From: Podarcis erhardii
Lineage: Eukaryota
Strand: one strand, 5' to 3'
DNA length: 64,000 nucleotides
Assembly (NCBI GenBank): GCA_964252035.1
Contig: OZ176201.1
Part shown: in pieces, positions 33,831 to 45,880 of the stretch
How the letters are laid out: every line of letters begins with the position of its first letter
How positions within the stretch are numbered: the stretch's first letter is position 1
Program-made: the position numbers and the translations under genes
The notes under the pieces: model-generated
The model's database searches: none
What the model was told of the DNA's origin: nothing
The model's input: only the letters and a program-made list of their open reading frames with translations

Positions 33831-33987
33831 NNNNNNNNNNNNNNNNNNNNNNNNNNNNNNNNNNNNNNNNNNNNNNNNNNNNNNNNNNNNNNNNNNNNNN
33901 NNNNNNNNNNNNNNNNNNNNNNNNNNNNNNNNNNNNNNNNNNNNNNNNNNNNNNNNNNNNNNNNNNNNNNNNNNNNNNNNNNNNNNN
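33831..33987. other. Assembly gap (157 N)
   Basis: Run of n characters. Confidence 0.99.
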
Positions 33988-34068
33988 TTTGGCCAGTGTT
34001 CTGAGGAAAACACTGCACTAATTTAAACTGGATCTTTCAAAATTAACATTTGTTTATAGCTATTAATT

Positions 34069-34135
34069 CAGTGGTTCTCAAACTTTTTCCTCTGGGCCAC
34101 ACTTTCAGAATAAAAATTTGCTTGTGCCACACCAC
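34069..34135 (+). mobile_element. Solo hAT/Charlie-like left end
   Basis: CAGTGGTTCTCAAACTTTTT terminus. No partner TIR found nearby. Confidence 0.45.
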
Positions 34136-34953
34136 ATTTTTTATTGTTCAGAAATACTTTGGAAATCAGAAAGAAACCACTCCTACTAGTGCTTGATTTA
34201 TAACATAGAACACAAATACTTTATAATATGATCATGGGACATGACGTATAAAACAATGCAGTTACAGGTAGGGATCAAGAAGACTCCTGTGTAAAACTCT
34301 TGCACCTCTGTTAGCCTGTACAGACAATATAGAAAGGTAATCCCAGACTGTTGTTATTTTATTCAGTCACATACCAGCAAATTCAGGTTGCACAATTAAA
34401 GTTGATTTAGTGTCATTGGGCTACAAACCCATCCCCCACCTACAATCAGACTTTTTGTGATGAGGAAAGTGATGGAAAGCTGAATGGGAAAGTATGGGTT
34501 AATAATGTTCTTCCGATGCTTCCTAAAGCCTCCTAATTACAAATGACATTTAAATATGCTCAGTCTACAACTTAAGAGGAGTTTAATTTGGTCTCTGTGT
34601 TGGCTGCCATTTCCGGATGAAATGACACCTGCAAATAATGAAAGACTTATCTCACATTACTCATAAGCACAATCTTCCAACATTTGCATTTTCATACCTC
34701 ACATTTCCACTTGGATAGCAAGGTGGCTTATCTCTCTCAGAGTTTCATCCTTGAACTGCTTACACTTGAATAATCTCATTGGGTTCTGTAAGATTGTTCA
34801 GGAGCAAGTTGCCAGTCTAAAAAAGAATGAAGAAGTGAAGTCCACTCCTACACTTGCTTCCTCACAAGTAGATCCCATTAAACTCAATGGAGCTTTATTT
34901 CTAGTGGACATGCTTAGATTTTCAGTCTTAAATAAGCAATATTAAAATTACGG

Positions 34954-35108
34954 GAATGTAGAAAGTTGCCTTATAACAAGGCAGACTCTTTGCTCTATCT
35001 GGTTTTATGTTATACACTGACTGCAGCTGATTGGAGATACTGGCAATTGAACCTGGGACTTTTTGCATGCAAAGCAGATGCTCTACCACTGAGCTATGGC
35101 CCTCCCCC
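34954..35108 (-). mobile_element. Squam3-like SINE (tRNA-Ala-like head) with an internal deletion
   Basis: The minus strand reads ggccatagctcagtggtagagcatctgctttgcatgcaaaaagtcccaggttcaatt, then agtcagtgta...tataaggcaactttc tail. Confidence 0.75.
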
Positions 35109-36954
35109 CAAATTATGGCTGCATATGTTTGAAAATAGGTTCAGTTAAAGCTCCATGCATACTTTGACAGGCTTTTTATTTTGAATGGTGATGAACGATT
35201 TTAAATGGAAGATGTGATTACATGAATGAATGATGATGAGTTAGTTGCATTGAATTACAAACGAGACATCCACATTACCTGAGACTGCTGTGTACGAAGG
35301 CAGATGCTACAAGCAGGACTCAATTCATTAACTTGGTTGCTGACTGGAGCAAATACATTTCTGCTCTGACTAGTGTCCCAAGGAAAGAAGTGGACCTCTT
35401 GTCACTAATGGAGTAGCTGGATAAAGCTCTTGAAAGTGCAGGCATTTGACCAGCAAGGTTTTTGCCTTGTAAGAAATTAACATTCAAAGTGCCTGGACAT
35501 CATGAGACTGCATGGTAAAGGGCAGGTTATAAATATGCCTACAAATAAATAAATCGTATCATGGCTAGTCTTAATAAATATTCTATTGTTTGTTAAAACA
35601 TTTATTTTCCATCTTTCCATGCAGTGCTTTTTTCCTAAAAAAAATGTTTAGGGGTACTCTCATTTTCCTACACATATTGAAATACTCCACCTCAGTGAGG
35701 CCAAACAATGAAGATTCACAAAATGTTAGGGGTATGCGTACCCCTGCGTCCTTCCAGAAAAAAAGCACTGGAAATATGTACAAGTTGGCTCCCAATCACA
35801 GGGTTCTGTTTTGTTTTAATGAATGTTTTTAACAGAAACAGAACTACTCACCAGAATTAGCAACCATAAGGAATTAAAATGGAAACAAGCTGTAGCTTGG
35901 GCAACTGGAGTTAAATGAGGCCAGTTGCTCTCTCAAAGATTCGTGTTTTAGCTGCTTGCCAAAAGGCACGTGGTAAGGTGGACAAAACAGGTGATGATAT
36001 GGTATGGGGTAGACACTACTGTTGAGGAAATCCAAGCATGCCCTTCCTCTGCCAAACTTCACACAGTGGGAGAACCATAAACAGAGCTTCAGGAGTTGCA
36101 TTGGTAGCTTGGCTCATATGGGCAAAACCAGTCTTGGGAGATCTTGGCAATAACAATTAAGCCTAGCACTTTGCATTATGCTCAGAAGCAAATTGGTGAC
36201 TTTAAATAGATGAAATGGCATTAGAGTGTTTGTATTTGTGTTAAAAATGTCTGTTTTTCTTACAACAATTTCTGAAACTATTTTAGAAAGCACTGCAAAC
36301 GTTTTTATTTTCTCTCCTACTCTAAAGGGAAACAACCTTTCAGGCTCTAAGAAACACTCTGCCCCACCCCCTTTGCTATGGAACAATGCTTGAATGAGTG
36401 GGTGGTCATTGGTATGTGGAGAATAATTGCCCTGCCTAGACTTGTGTTGTGCTTGTATCAAATGTCTTCCAATACCAAAACCATTTTTCCTTTAGGCATT
36501 GGCCTTTTTGTGTTAAAACAAATTGCCACAACTGCAAACTGAACACAGTTTGTTCTATGCTTGCATTGATCAGGAGCACTTGGCTAATCACTTCCTGTAA
36601 TTAAATTCTTCACTAGCAATAAAGTTAATCTCCTTAGTGCACGTAAAAGCTGACCTACAGTTTGAACTGGAAGAATTGCCATTGTTTATAGGCATGCTTT
36701 TTCAGGCCCAGCAGTTTCATTCTACGCCATAAGCAATTAATATAATCAAGTTTCCTTTCATCTGTCACAGATACAGTAATAGGTAGCATTCGTGCTGATG
36801 AAGCAGTTCTAGTACTACTCAGCTGAGCCACCAAATGCTCTTGAGGCAGGTAAATGTCATTCAGTTGGTTTTATGGGCTGGTGAATAGTGAAGGCCTATA
36901 AGATGCTGGAAAAGCTATGCCTGAAAGCCCATAAGTTCACACCCCAAAAGACTT

Positions 36955-37389
36955 GCAGCACAGTATGTGTACTCAGAAGTAAGCCTTCTTGACTGCAGTG
37001 GAATTTAATCCCTGGTAAGTGGGTGGCGCTGTGGTCTAAACCACTGAGCCTAGGGCTTGCCGATCAGAAGGTCGGTGGTTTGAATCCCCACGATGGGGTG
37101 AGCTCCGGTTGTTTGGTCCCACCTAGCAGTGTGAAAGCATGTCAAAGTGCAAGTAGATAAATAGGTACCGCTCCAGCAGGAAGCTAAACGGCATTTCCGT
37201 GCTCTGCTCTGGTTCGCCAGAAGCTGCTTAGTCATGCTAGCCACATGACCCGGAAGCTGTCTGCGGACAAACGCTGGCTCCCTCAGCCTATAGTGTGAGA
37301 TGAGCGCGCAACCCAGGGTCGTCTACGACTCGACCTAACGGTCAGGGGTACCTTTACCATTACCTTTAAGTGTGTATTGGATTGCTGCC
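36955..37389. mobile_element. Short palindromic squamate repeat split by a Sauria SINE insertion
   Basis: tactcagaagtaag...ctggtaagt before the SINE and taagtgtgtattggattgctgcc after it. Confidence 0.6.
37021..37366 (+). mobile_element. Sauria SINE, near full length
   Basis: tRNA-like head with A/B boxes, agataaataggtaccgct core and (ACCTTT)-type tail. TSD TAAGTG at 37016-37021 and 37367-37372. Confidence 0.93.
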
Positions 37390-37794
37390 TTGATGACATA
37401 GTTACCTTGCAGGCTTTACCAAGAGGGTTAAGTTTACATATGGGATACCTATGGATTTTTTCCATGAATACAAGTTTGTGGTCTTTTTATGAGATTCTCC
37501 TGAGTCCTGAACATAGGGGATAGAAAGCAGGTAGGGGCGCTTCCTGTGAATCTGTGACTGAAGCCTACTTCATGCACAGCTTGCAATGGCACGGGCACCA
37601 CTGTTCCATTACTCTTCCCATGCTACTCCTGCAGCATAAGCACCTTCTTTGTTTGATTGGAGTTCCTGATCTGTCCTGCACTACAGTTATGAAAAATATA
37701 TGTGTTAAGCACTGCATGTAACAGCCTTCTACAGACTGGTAGATGCTAAGCCTGCATGTCCCACCACACCCAGCTGCCATGCCCAGTATTCAGG

Positions 37795-37850
37795 ATTGAT
37801 GGAAGTTGCAGTCCAAAACATCTGGACAGCTGTAGGTTGGAGGAAGGCTG
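37795..37850. mobile_element. Half of a hAT hairpin MITE
   Basis: gatggaagttgcagtccaaaacatctgga resembles the right arm of 25904-26039. Confidence 0.55.
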
Positions 37851-39599
37851 ATATATAATCACGTTATCTGTCCAACTCCGTGGCTAGAAGTTGCACAGGT
37901 GATTGGGAGAAATTTCAGGGTTATGTCAATTGCCTTTGATCTCTTGGTCCAGAAGGGCCTGTTTTTTTTCTGATGTGCCAGTGATTACTAGAAAAATTTG
38001 CAGTCTTTCTCTACATTGTATCATGGCTCCCAGTTTTTGTACAGAATATTTACAGTGATTAGTCTTAATTGCAAATTATGATTTAGACAATCAAGATCCT
38101 GGATACCGCCTACCCTCAGATGTCTAACGGGGTAATTAGCCAATTCTATTTTAGGCATCTTCACTTCCTTCAAATTATCAGCTCTATCTTGTATAACTCT
38201 GATCAGTATGTGCATTTTGTGATTGATGGTGGGACTCGACTCCCTTTTTCCAGCCCTGATGAAAAAGGTGAGCAGAAAAAATTACTTATGTTCAAAGATA
38301 CAACCTGATCAGCCTTTGTATCAAGTATACAACGGTCATGTAGTTTTAGTATCCTATTCAGTATTATTAATGGCTTGGAGCTGCCTTAGAATACCTTACA
38401 ATGCAACTAAGTCAAGCAACAGAGGATCAGAACCTTTTGATGCCAAAATATTCTGTAGATAGTGTACAGCTTATGGTATTGCAGCTGTGCTGTTCCTACA
38501 GGTGAAGCCCTACTGTGATTCTGGGATAATGAAGCAATGGGAATAAATAGGGACTCTGCAATAAAGCAGCAGTGGTCGCTTCCCATTTCGGAGATGTTAA
38601 ATTCTGAAGAGGTCTGGAGAACCTGAAATCTTGCCACGCTTCTGTCACATTTTGACTTGTCCCAGTGATGCTGTTGCTCAGCTTCTGAAGCTTTTTTCTT
38701 AGGGAACAAGGTAGGGCGAACCTTTTGCTTTTTTTGTGTGTTCCACCAGAAAACATTGCTGCATGTAATAAAGCAATCTTGCCATCTATAGTCTCTCCCT
38801 GTTAATTCTTCTTTGTTTGGGGGGTTGCCCTCTTTCAGAGGGGTCTGAGTAGCAGTTGGCGTTTTGCTGGGTGACATCGCATCCAGTAGAGCTCTCTGCA
38901 CTCAGCTACTGAAACACAGCCAAGCATGTAGCGAAACATAGCCAAGGGGATGTGTCAACGCTCAAGGACGGTCTGTCCCTTTGGCTGGCACTTGGACCCA
39001 AACTTGCAGTAAAATGGACTTTACTGAGACAGAAGCTTGAAGCAGAAAGGGGCATGGGTGGAAAGAAAGGAGTAGGGCTGTCAGTACTCCACTGGATCCA
39101 AAGGGACATCTTAGCAATCCTATGTTCACTGAGTGGACTCAGCATGGTGCCCAGAGTTTTCTGTAGTAAGGGCTATTTTTAGGGCTTGCACCCCACTTCC
39201 TTAAGCACAGAACTGCTTATCACAGCAGCTGAAATGGTCTAGATAGGAGTCATGAGCTGCAGGTCGGGCAGGGACTGTGTTTAAGAAGTGAGTTTAGTGC
39301 TGATCTGTGTGAAGGCATATGCAGTAAAGGCTTCTGAATAATTCATAAGTGCTAATATATTCTATAAATTTTCATAGATGATTCCCCCTGCATTCTTCCA
39401 GGAATGTATTCATTATTTACCAAATTACTTTTATAGACTCTTCTTGGTTCCTATCTCATTTAGTAGCAAATTTATAAAAGGAGTATAATGTTAGAATTCG
39501 AACTACTTCCTGTTTATTTCATTGCTAACCTGGCCTTCCTCTGAGGAGTTTGTGGTTAACAGACATGGTGTTAACAGACATGGCTGCACATTGTATTTC

Positions 39600-39700
39600 T
39601 TTACAACAAACTTGTTAGGCTGGGAGACAAATGATTAAATGCAGATCACTCAATGAGCGGGGAGATTAGAACACTGGTCTCTCTGGTCCTAGGCTCTGAG
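39600..39700 (-). mobile_element. MIR-like squamate SINE fragment
   Basis: ttaggctgggaga...gatcactcaatgag...ggagatt.gaac...tctct.gtcct is similar to 6480-6590 and 52745-52865. Confidence 0.45.
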
Positions 39701-40297
39701 AACCCTTGTCTCTGTGTCTGTGGAACACATGGGTACCATAGGACCTTAGCTTATTATTTGGCTTATACTGGCTCAGAGACATCCTAGTTCAATACACAGA
39801 AATGTTGAGAAGAATTCATACCTTTTTACATTTCCATGGCAGATGCGTTCAAGAGTGGAGGGGAAGTGCATCTATAAATGTGTGACATGTTGTGGCTTTC
39901 TGACTCCAAAAACTAGAATTTCACTTTCACATTTCACAGTGTCCACTGGGAGATCCCAATGGACATACAGCAGATATATTTGCTATGGGAATTAGGCCAC
40001 AGCTCTGGACAGAAATAGTTCATTGTCCTCTGGGATGCTTTGGCATTCCAGATCAATTAATTCTGCCCCCTGGCAAAACAAAAAAATCCAAGAAGTTTCC
40101 TCATCTCCTGAGTAAAGTTTGTTTTAAAAAACAAACCACCAAAACCAAGCTCTTGCATAGAGATTGCAGTAGTCTCCCCGCATCAGTTTAATTAGGACAA
40201 AAAGTAAGGAAATTCAGGACTGTGAATTTGTAAAAGTAATTAACATGGTTTAGATGCTAGTGTTGGGGCAGATTTAGGACATGCTAGTCCTTTGTTA

Positions 40298-40666
40298 GGG
40301 ATGCGGGTGGTGCTGTGGTCTAAGCCACTGAGCCTTTTGGGCTTGCTGATCAGAAGGTCATCGGTTTGAATCCCTGCGATGGGGTGAGCTCCCGTTGCTC
40401 GGTCCCAGCTCCTGTCAACCTAGCAGTTTGAAAGCATGTCAAAGTGCATGTAGATAAATAGGTACCGCTCCGGTGGGAAGGTAAACAGCGTTGCCATGCG
40501 CTGCTCTGTTCCGTTGCACCAGAAGCGGCTTAGTCATGCTGGCCACATGACCTGGAAAAACTGTCTGCGGACAAACATTGGCTCCCTCGGCCAGTAAAGC
40601 AAGATGAGCGCCGCAACCCCAAAGTCGTCTGCAACTGGACTTAACTGTCAGGAGTCCTTTACCTTT
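40298..40666 (+). mobile_element. Sauria SINE, full length
   Basis: Colinear with the other Sauria copies and ends in gagtcctttaccttt. Confidence 0.93.
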
Positions 40667-43600
40667 GCCGTTAGTGTGTGTGATTATCTTTCAAGAATAA
40701 ATATCCTAGAAGTGAGGCTTTGACTTTGTTACCAATTCAGTTTTAACTGCTGAGTCTACTTGGTGTATATTTGTTTATCAGCCTCAATGTTTGGTTTAAT
40801 AGTAAGGTATTTCTTAATACTTTTTGCTTTTGGTGGGCAGACTTTCATATTATATATTTATTTCTAAACTCTGTGTTGTTGGGTTTATTTGGGGGCGGCA
40901 GGGGAGGTTAGGAGCCATTGTCCCCAACCATTTCAGTTCAGTGGCCAGGATTTCATTTTTTGTTTGACTAAACTTTGACTGTACAGATACAAAACACTAC
41001 AACAGCCAGTGTCACAGCATATTTACCAAGCCACCAATAACAAATGTATGCATTTGATTTCCACAATGAACGCAAGGCAGCATTTGTTGAAAATTCAAAA
41101 CAACATTTGTGGAACTTTTAGCAATATTTCTTACACTGCACATATAGAGGCTTGGTATCATTGTTACGTTCCAGTATAAATCTGAATTATCTTTATACTG
41201 TGAGTATGATGGTTCGGAATTTACTCCCAGAACAGCAGAGCTCACTTTCTTTTTCATTAACACATATCAAAAAGTTCTTCTGAAAGCTGAAATTGCTATA
41301 TTAAATTTAGGGAGGATGCTCTTGATTTGGAAAATGATGAAAAATGTCTCTGGGGTGTGTGTAGGGAGCGTTGCTTCAGCACCAAACGTGCCTGGGCCTT
41401 TTTTCCCTTCTTTTTCTGCAGTGCGTAGATAAAATCTTTTGTCACTCTCCTTCATGTTTATGTAAACCTACTCCAAAACTCGTTGATCAAATCTTTGCTG
41501 GCTTTGGAATTAAGCTTCCTCTTGGTAACTAATCTCAGCCATATGTTTTGGTCCCATAGCTTCAGGAAAGGTTCAGAAGTGCCTATTTGCATCACCTGAG
41601 GCTATTGAAATTCTGATCAGAAATGGTATGTGCATAACTTATTGTGTGCGCTGCTGTTTTGCTTTAGCTGCAGATTTCATTCAATATACCTGTTCCTTAT
41701 TTTAATTATTTCTGTGAAACCAAAAAGGACACTTTGTTGTTATTTTTTGGTATGCAAACTGCAGGTTTTCAGGTCAAGGCAACACACAACAAGGCGTATG
41801 GAGCTTCAAAAGGGAAACCAAGTGAGTGGGGTTTTTTTGCAATTTTTTGTTACTAGTCCTCTTTGAAGTTTTAGAAGAACTTACAGTGAGACTAGCTTAA
41901 AACAACCCTTGAAATTTTACATCTTGTACAAAGCAAGTACAATATTGTGTTACACAAATATAACACTTGATATTTCAGGGTGCATTATGAGCTATTTAGA
42001 CAGACTTCATTAGCAATAATAGCAAAAGTGATAAACAGTTCCTTATAGTAGTGGTAGTTGCATCAAAGTGGTATAATTCCTATACATGGTATCACTTATT
42101 TAAATAACAAAATCAAGGAGGCACTTATGTAGCGTATCATTCACAACCAGTTTAATTCTATTACTAGCAGTAGTCTATGCCCAAATCTGCTTGATTCCAA
42201 ATTCCATGTTTAGTTTCCTTAACTGATCTAAAAATGATATGCAGTCTTAACTGATGCACCTTTAATATATGTAAAAGTAAAATTCACTTTCATAATTAAA
42301 TTTACAGTTAGAAATATTCTTGTATAAACTGGTTACAACACCAGTAAAGGACATAAACTGGAAATGGGAGTATGCTACCTATTTACTGTTGAAATTGGGT
42401 TTAATAGTTGCTTCAGTATTTAATATTTCCCTTTTCTCTCAGGAGTTTAGTTTTCCTGCCAGTTAGTTCTTTCCTACATAATGAACTATCATGTAGAGCA
42501 ATGGGGAACTGCTCTCATAATCTGCATCCCTCCAATCACTTTTGGATGCTAATGAACAGTACCAGGGAGACATCAACCATTACGGTACATGGGGCCTGAA
42601 TAAATCAGTGTGTATGGATCATTGACCATCTTTGTTGTAAAACAAATGGCCTGTAGTCAGTTAATCATATAAAGAAACATCTTGGGGAGGGGGGAAGCAC
42701 TATTCATAAAACCTAGATCATCTTGTAGTTTCATAAACACAACATCTGTTAAAATATAAAGAAACTACAGAGTTACACATTGTTACAAATAAAATCCTTG
42801 CAGATTGATGAGGCTGTATTACCAACACTGTGTTTTGGAGTGGCCTTCCCACCCACCTCCAATTCTTATTTTGTTTGTCTCTGAAAACACCTTTTTCATT
42901 CTTTAATCTGTCATTCACATCTTATCATCGCCAGGATTTAAATGGAGAAAATATGCACTGAAAATTGTGAATATGTGAACAGGATCAGCAGGACAGTGAG
43001 AAGTAGCCAGTCATCATCTTTTTGTCTCGCTTGCTGGCCAGAGGCCTGTAAACTAGTATTTAGCTTGTTCAGCCTTAGTAGCCGGAGGCAAGATTACTTT
43101 ATTGACCTTGGATGCTTATGCACCGTGAGCGTTGCAACTTAGCCAAGTTGAAATTTTATGTTTTGTTGATGTTCATGTAGCCTTTAGGTACAATTATCCT
43201 TCCTGGTTAAGACACCTTATGGGAGTTCATGCCATTGGTGTGTAAACCTTTTGCTGATTGGATTTCCCCCTTCTGGTGTGTGTTGCTTTTTTAATTTAAA
43301 GGAGTGATCTTGGCTATCAAAGAACTCCCTTTTGCTCGCTGTCTTTTGTTTCCTCTGTATTCATATTAAGGGCCTGCGGGCATTTTAATATAGGCACTTA
43401 AAGGTCACTTGCTCTGACCATAAAACACATATAACGCATCCATTATAGCAGCTTAAAAGTTGGCTTTGTAACACAAATATTCCCAAATAAAAGAAGGAGT
43501 TTTATTTTTATGCGATATGTGTATTACCAAAGAACTCTTGCTGCACTAGGTTAGATCAGGGTGCTTTATACTTAAAAAGTAGAAGGGGCCAATCCAATGC

Positions 43601-43710
43601 CAGGGTAATTGGTTACTGTACAGCCCTGTTCCCCTTTTAAGAATCAGTGATTGATCCTGATAACTGGGCAGGGCCTAGTCTATATATGCAGCAAGTGGAG
43701 TGAGCAAATG

Positions 43711-43867
43711 AAGAACATAAGAGCCTTCTGGATCAGGCCAGCAGGTCATCTAGTCCAGCATCCCATTCTCCAGCCACATGCTTGTGGGAAACCTGCAAGC
43801 AGATACTGAGTGCCATACCTCTCCCCCCACTTGTGATTCCCAACAGCTGGCATTCAGAGGTATACTG
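43711..43867 (-). mobile_element. Second, older CR1-family 3' end
   Basis: aagaacataagag...ctggatcaggcca...catctagtccagcatc is a typical reverse-strand CR1 3' terminus (from memory). Confidence 0.7.
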
Positions 43868-45558
43868 AATTAGATAGCAGAATGGATTATATCTCTTTAG
43901 TTCAAAGTGTGCATGTAAGGAAAAATTCCCTGTGAGCCGAAAAGTAGCCCGGCATGGAGGGACTATGCTGGTGTGAACCCTTTCTTCCAGGTGTATTGAT
44001 TTATTGCTTCACAATAATCTTTTCAATGGAAGTGCATTTAAAGTCCTTTCTCAGCCCAGCAAATGATTCTGCTCATTCGCTGTTGAGAAAACAATATGGT
44101 AGATTTCCAGGTGCAGGACTAGATGCCACTGTCCTTGCGGCTTGAGCAGCATGCTTAACAATATGGGACATTCCCACTGCCATCCATGAACAGATGCTTA
44201 TTCTCACTAATTTAGTCCTGCATGTTCCACCCATGCTGTGGAAATCCATGGGCAGAAAGACTGGAGGTTCTGTGCAACCTCCCCCCCCCCCCAAACTGGG
44301 AACTTGAAAGCTTTGGAGATGAGAGGCTTGCTTTCTCCCCCACACCTTCCCACCCCTGTTGGGCAAAATTGCTTCTCTCCCATCTGTGCAAGGGGCAATA
44401 AAATTCCCAGAGTCACTGGAGAGGATGGTGACCCACCTACTGAAAAGAAAGAGAGGCAGCAAAGCCAAACTAATCAGTGGTGCCCTGAGGCTTTTTTCCC
44501 AGTTCCTGTGACAAATTAAAAGAGGTGAGGGGTGAGCTGAGGAGGGGGACCAGAGGGGATTGTAGGAGATGAGGCAGCAGAGTGTAAAAAGTTTGGGCAA
44601 ATTAGGCTGCCTGAAAGATCCAATTTGCATGTTGAAGAGGCATGAAGGGATCAGAGGGTGAAAGCCAATTAACAGATCAAAGGCAGAGGAAGCAAGGCCC
44701 CTTTAGAATGGTGGCTGGTGAAAGCAGGAGTTACAGGCAGGGCTGAAGGTGTGGTGATATTAGATACTGGGTTGGACTCCTCATGTGATAAAACAGATTA
44801 AATGCCGGGATAATTCCTGCTGTAAGTCCCACCCACTTCAAGCTCACAGGCTGAACTTGTTTGAGTGGACATCAATATTCATGCCAGCGCATGAGTCACA
44901 GTACAATGGGCAAACAGCTTAACTGTTAATTGCACAGTTAAGGCACTGGGCAAAACTAGCATAATAGGTCTACTCAAGCTTTAGTGGCTTAGCCCAGATT
45001 TCTGGCTGCCAGTCCAATTTTCAAGGATTGTGGGAGGAAACAAATGTGTGTGCAGGGGGAAGACATGAGAGGGGTAGGGGACTGGAACTGACTGGGAGGC
45101 CAGATCCTTAATTCACCCATCCCCTCTGGGACAACTTCGATGGGCATGTCTTGTCTTTAGTGCAGCCAATCCCAGAGGGTTCACTGACGATGCCAATCAG
45201 CTGATTTTAAAACAAAGGACTTCTCCCTTTTCTGCTGTGTGTATTCTAATGCAGGTGTAGTTTCATTTTAATAAACTTGATACATGCAGCAGCAGCATCA
45301 AAACCCTGTTGTCTGGAAATGGAGTGGGGAAGGCAGAACAGAGCAACAACTGGTTGTTGTACTAAATCAGAGCACAGCCATTATGCATTTTCTCCTTCTC
45401 CAGGAGGCCTGGGTACAACCTGAAGCCTGCAAAGCACCTGAAAGGGCTTCATTTGTATGTAGGCTACTCTGTCCCACATCACATCTTAAGACTCTGTCAG
45501 ATGCAGACTATAATGGTTTGAACAACAGTTTTCCATCCCCCTTTTTTACTATCTAGCC

Positions 45559-45807
45559 CAGGGGGCAGCAACCTTTTTCAGACGTGGGCCTTTCCACCGT
45601 CCCTCAGACCATGTGGTGGGCCAGATTATATTTTGGGGAAAATATGAACGAATTCCTATGCCCCACAAATAACCCAGAGAAGCATCTTAAATATAAGCAC
45701 ACATTCTACTCATCTAAAAACATGCTGATTCCCAGACCGTCCACAGACCAGATTGAGAAGGCGATTGGGCCGCATCTGGCCCCCGGGCCTTAGGTTGCCT
45801 ACCCCTG
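45559..45807. mobile_element. hAT (Charlie-like) MITE
   Basis: TIRs CAGGGGGCAGCAACC / GGTTGCCTACCCCTG and a perfect 8-bp TSD ATCTAGCC at 45551-45558 and 45808-45815. Confidence 0.93.
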
Positions 45808-45814
45808 ATCTAGC

Positions 45815-45880
45815 CTGATGAAGAGTTTGGGGGAACTTGAAAACTTTCACATTATTTTGTGGCATTTTTAGTTAACTTAA
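45815..45880 (+). mobile_element. Penelope-like element relic with a hammerhead-ribozyme-like core
   Basis: CTGATGA-A-GAGTTT(GGGG)GAACTT-GAAA. Stems I and III are not evident. Confidence 0.5.

Noticed and set aside
33722-34021. ORFs spanning the N run
   Set aside because: Artefacts of translating the assembly gap.
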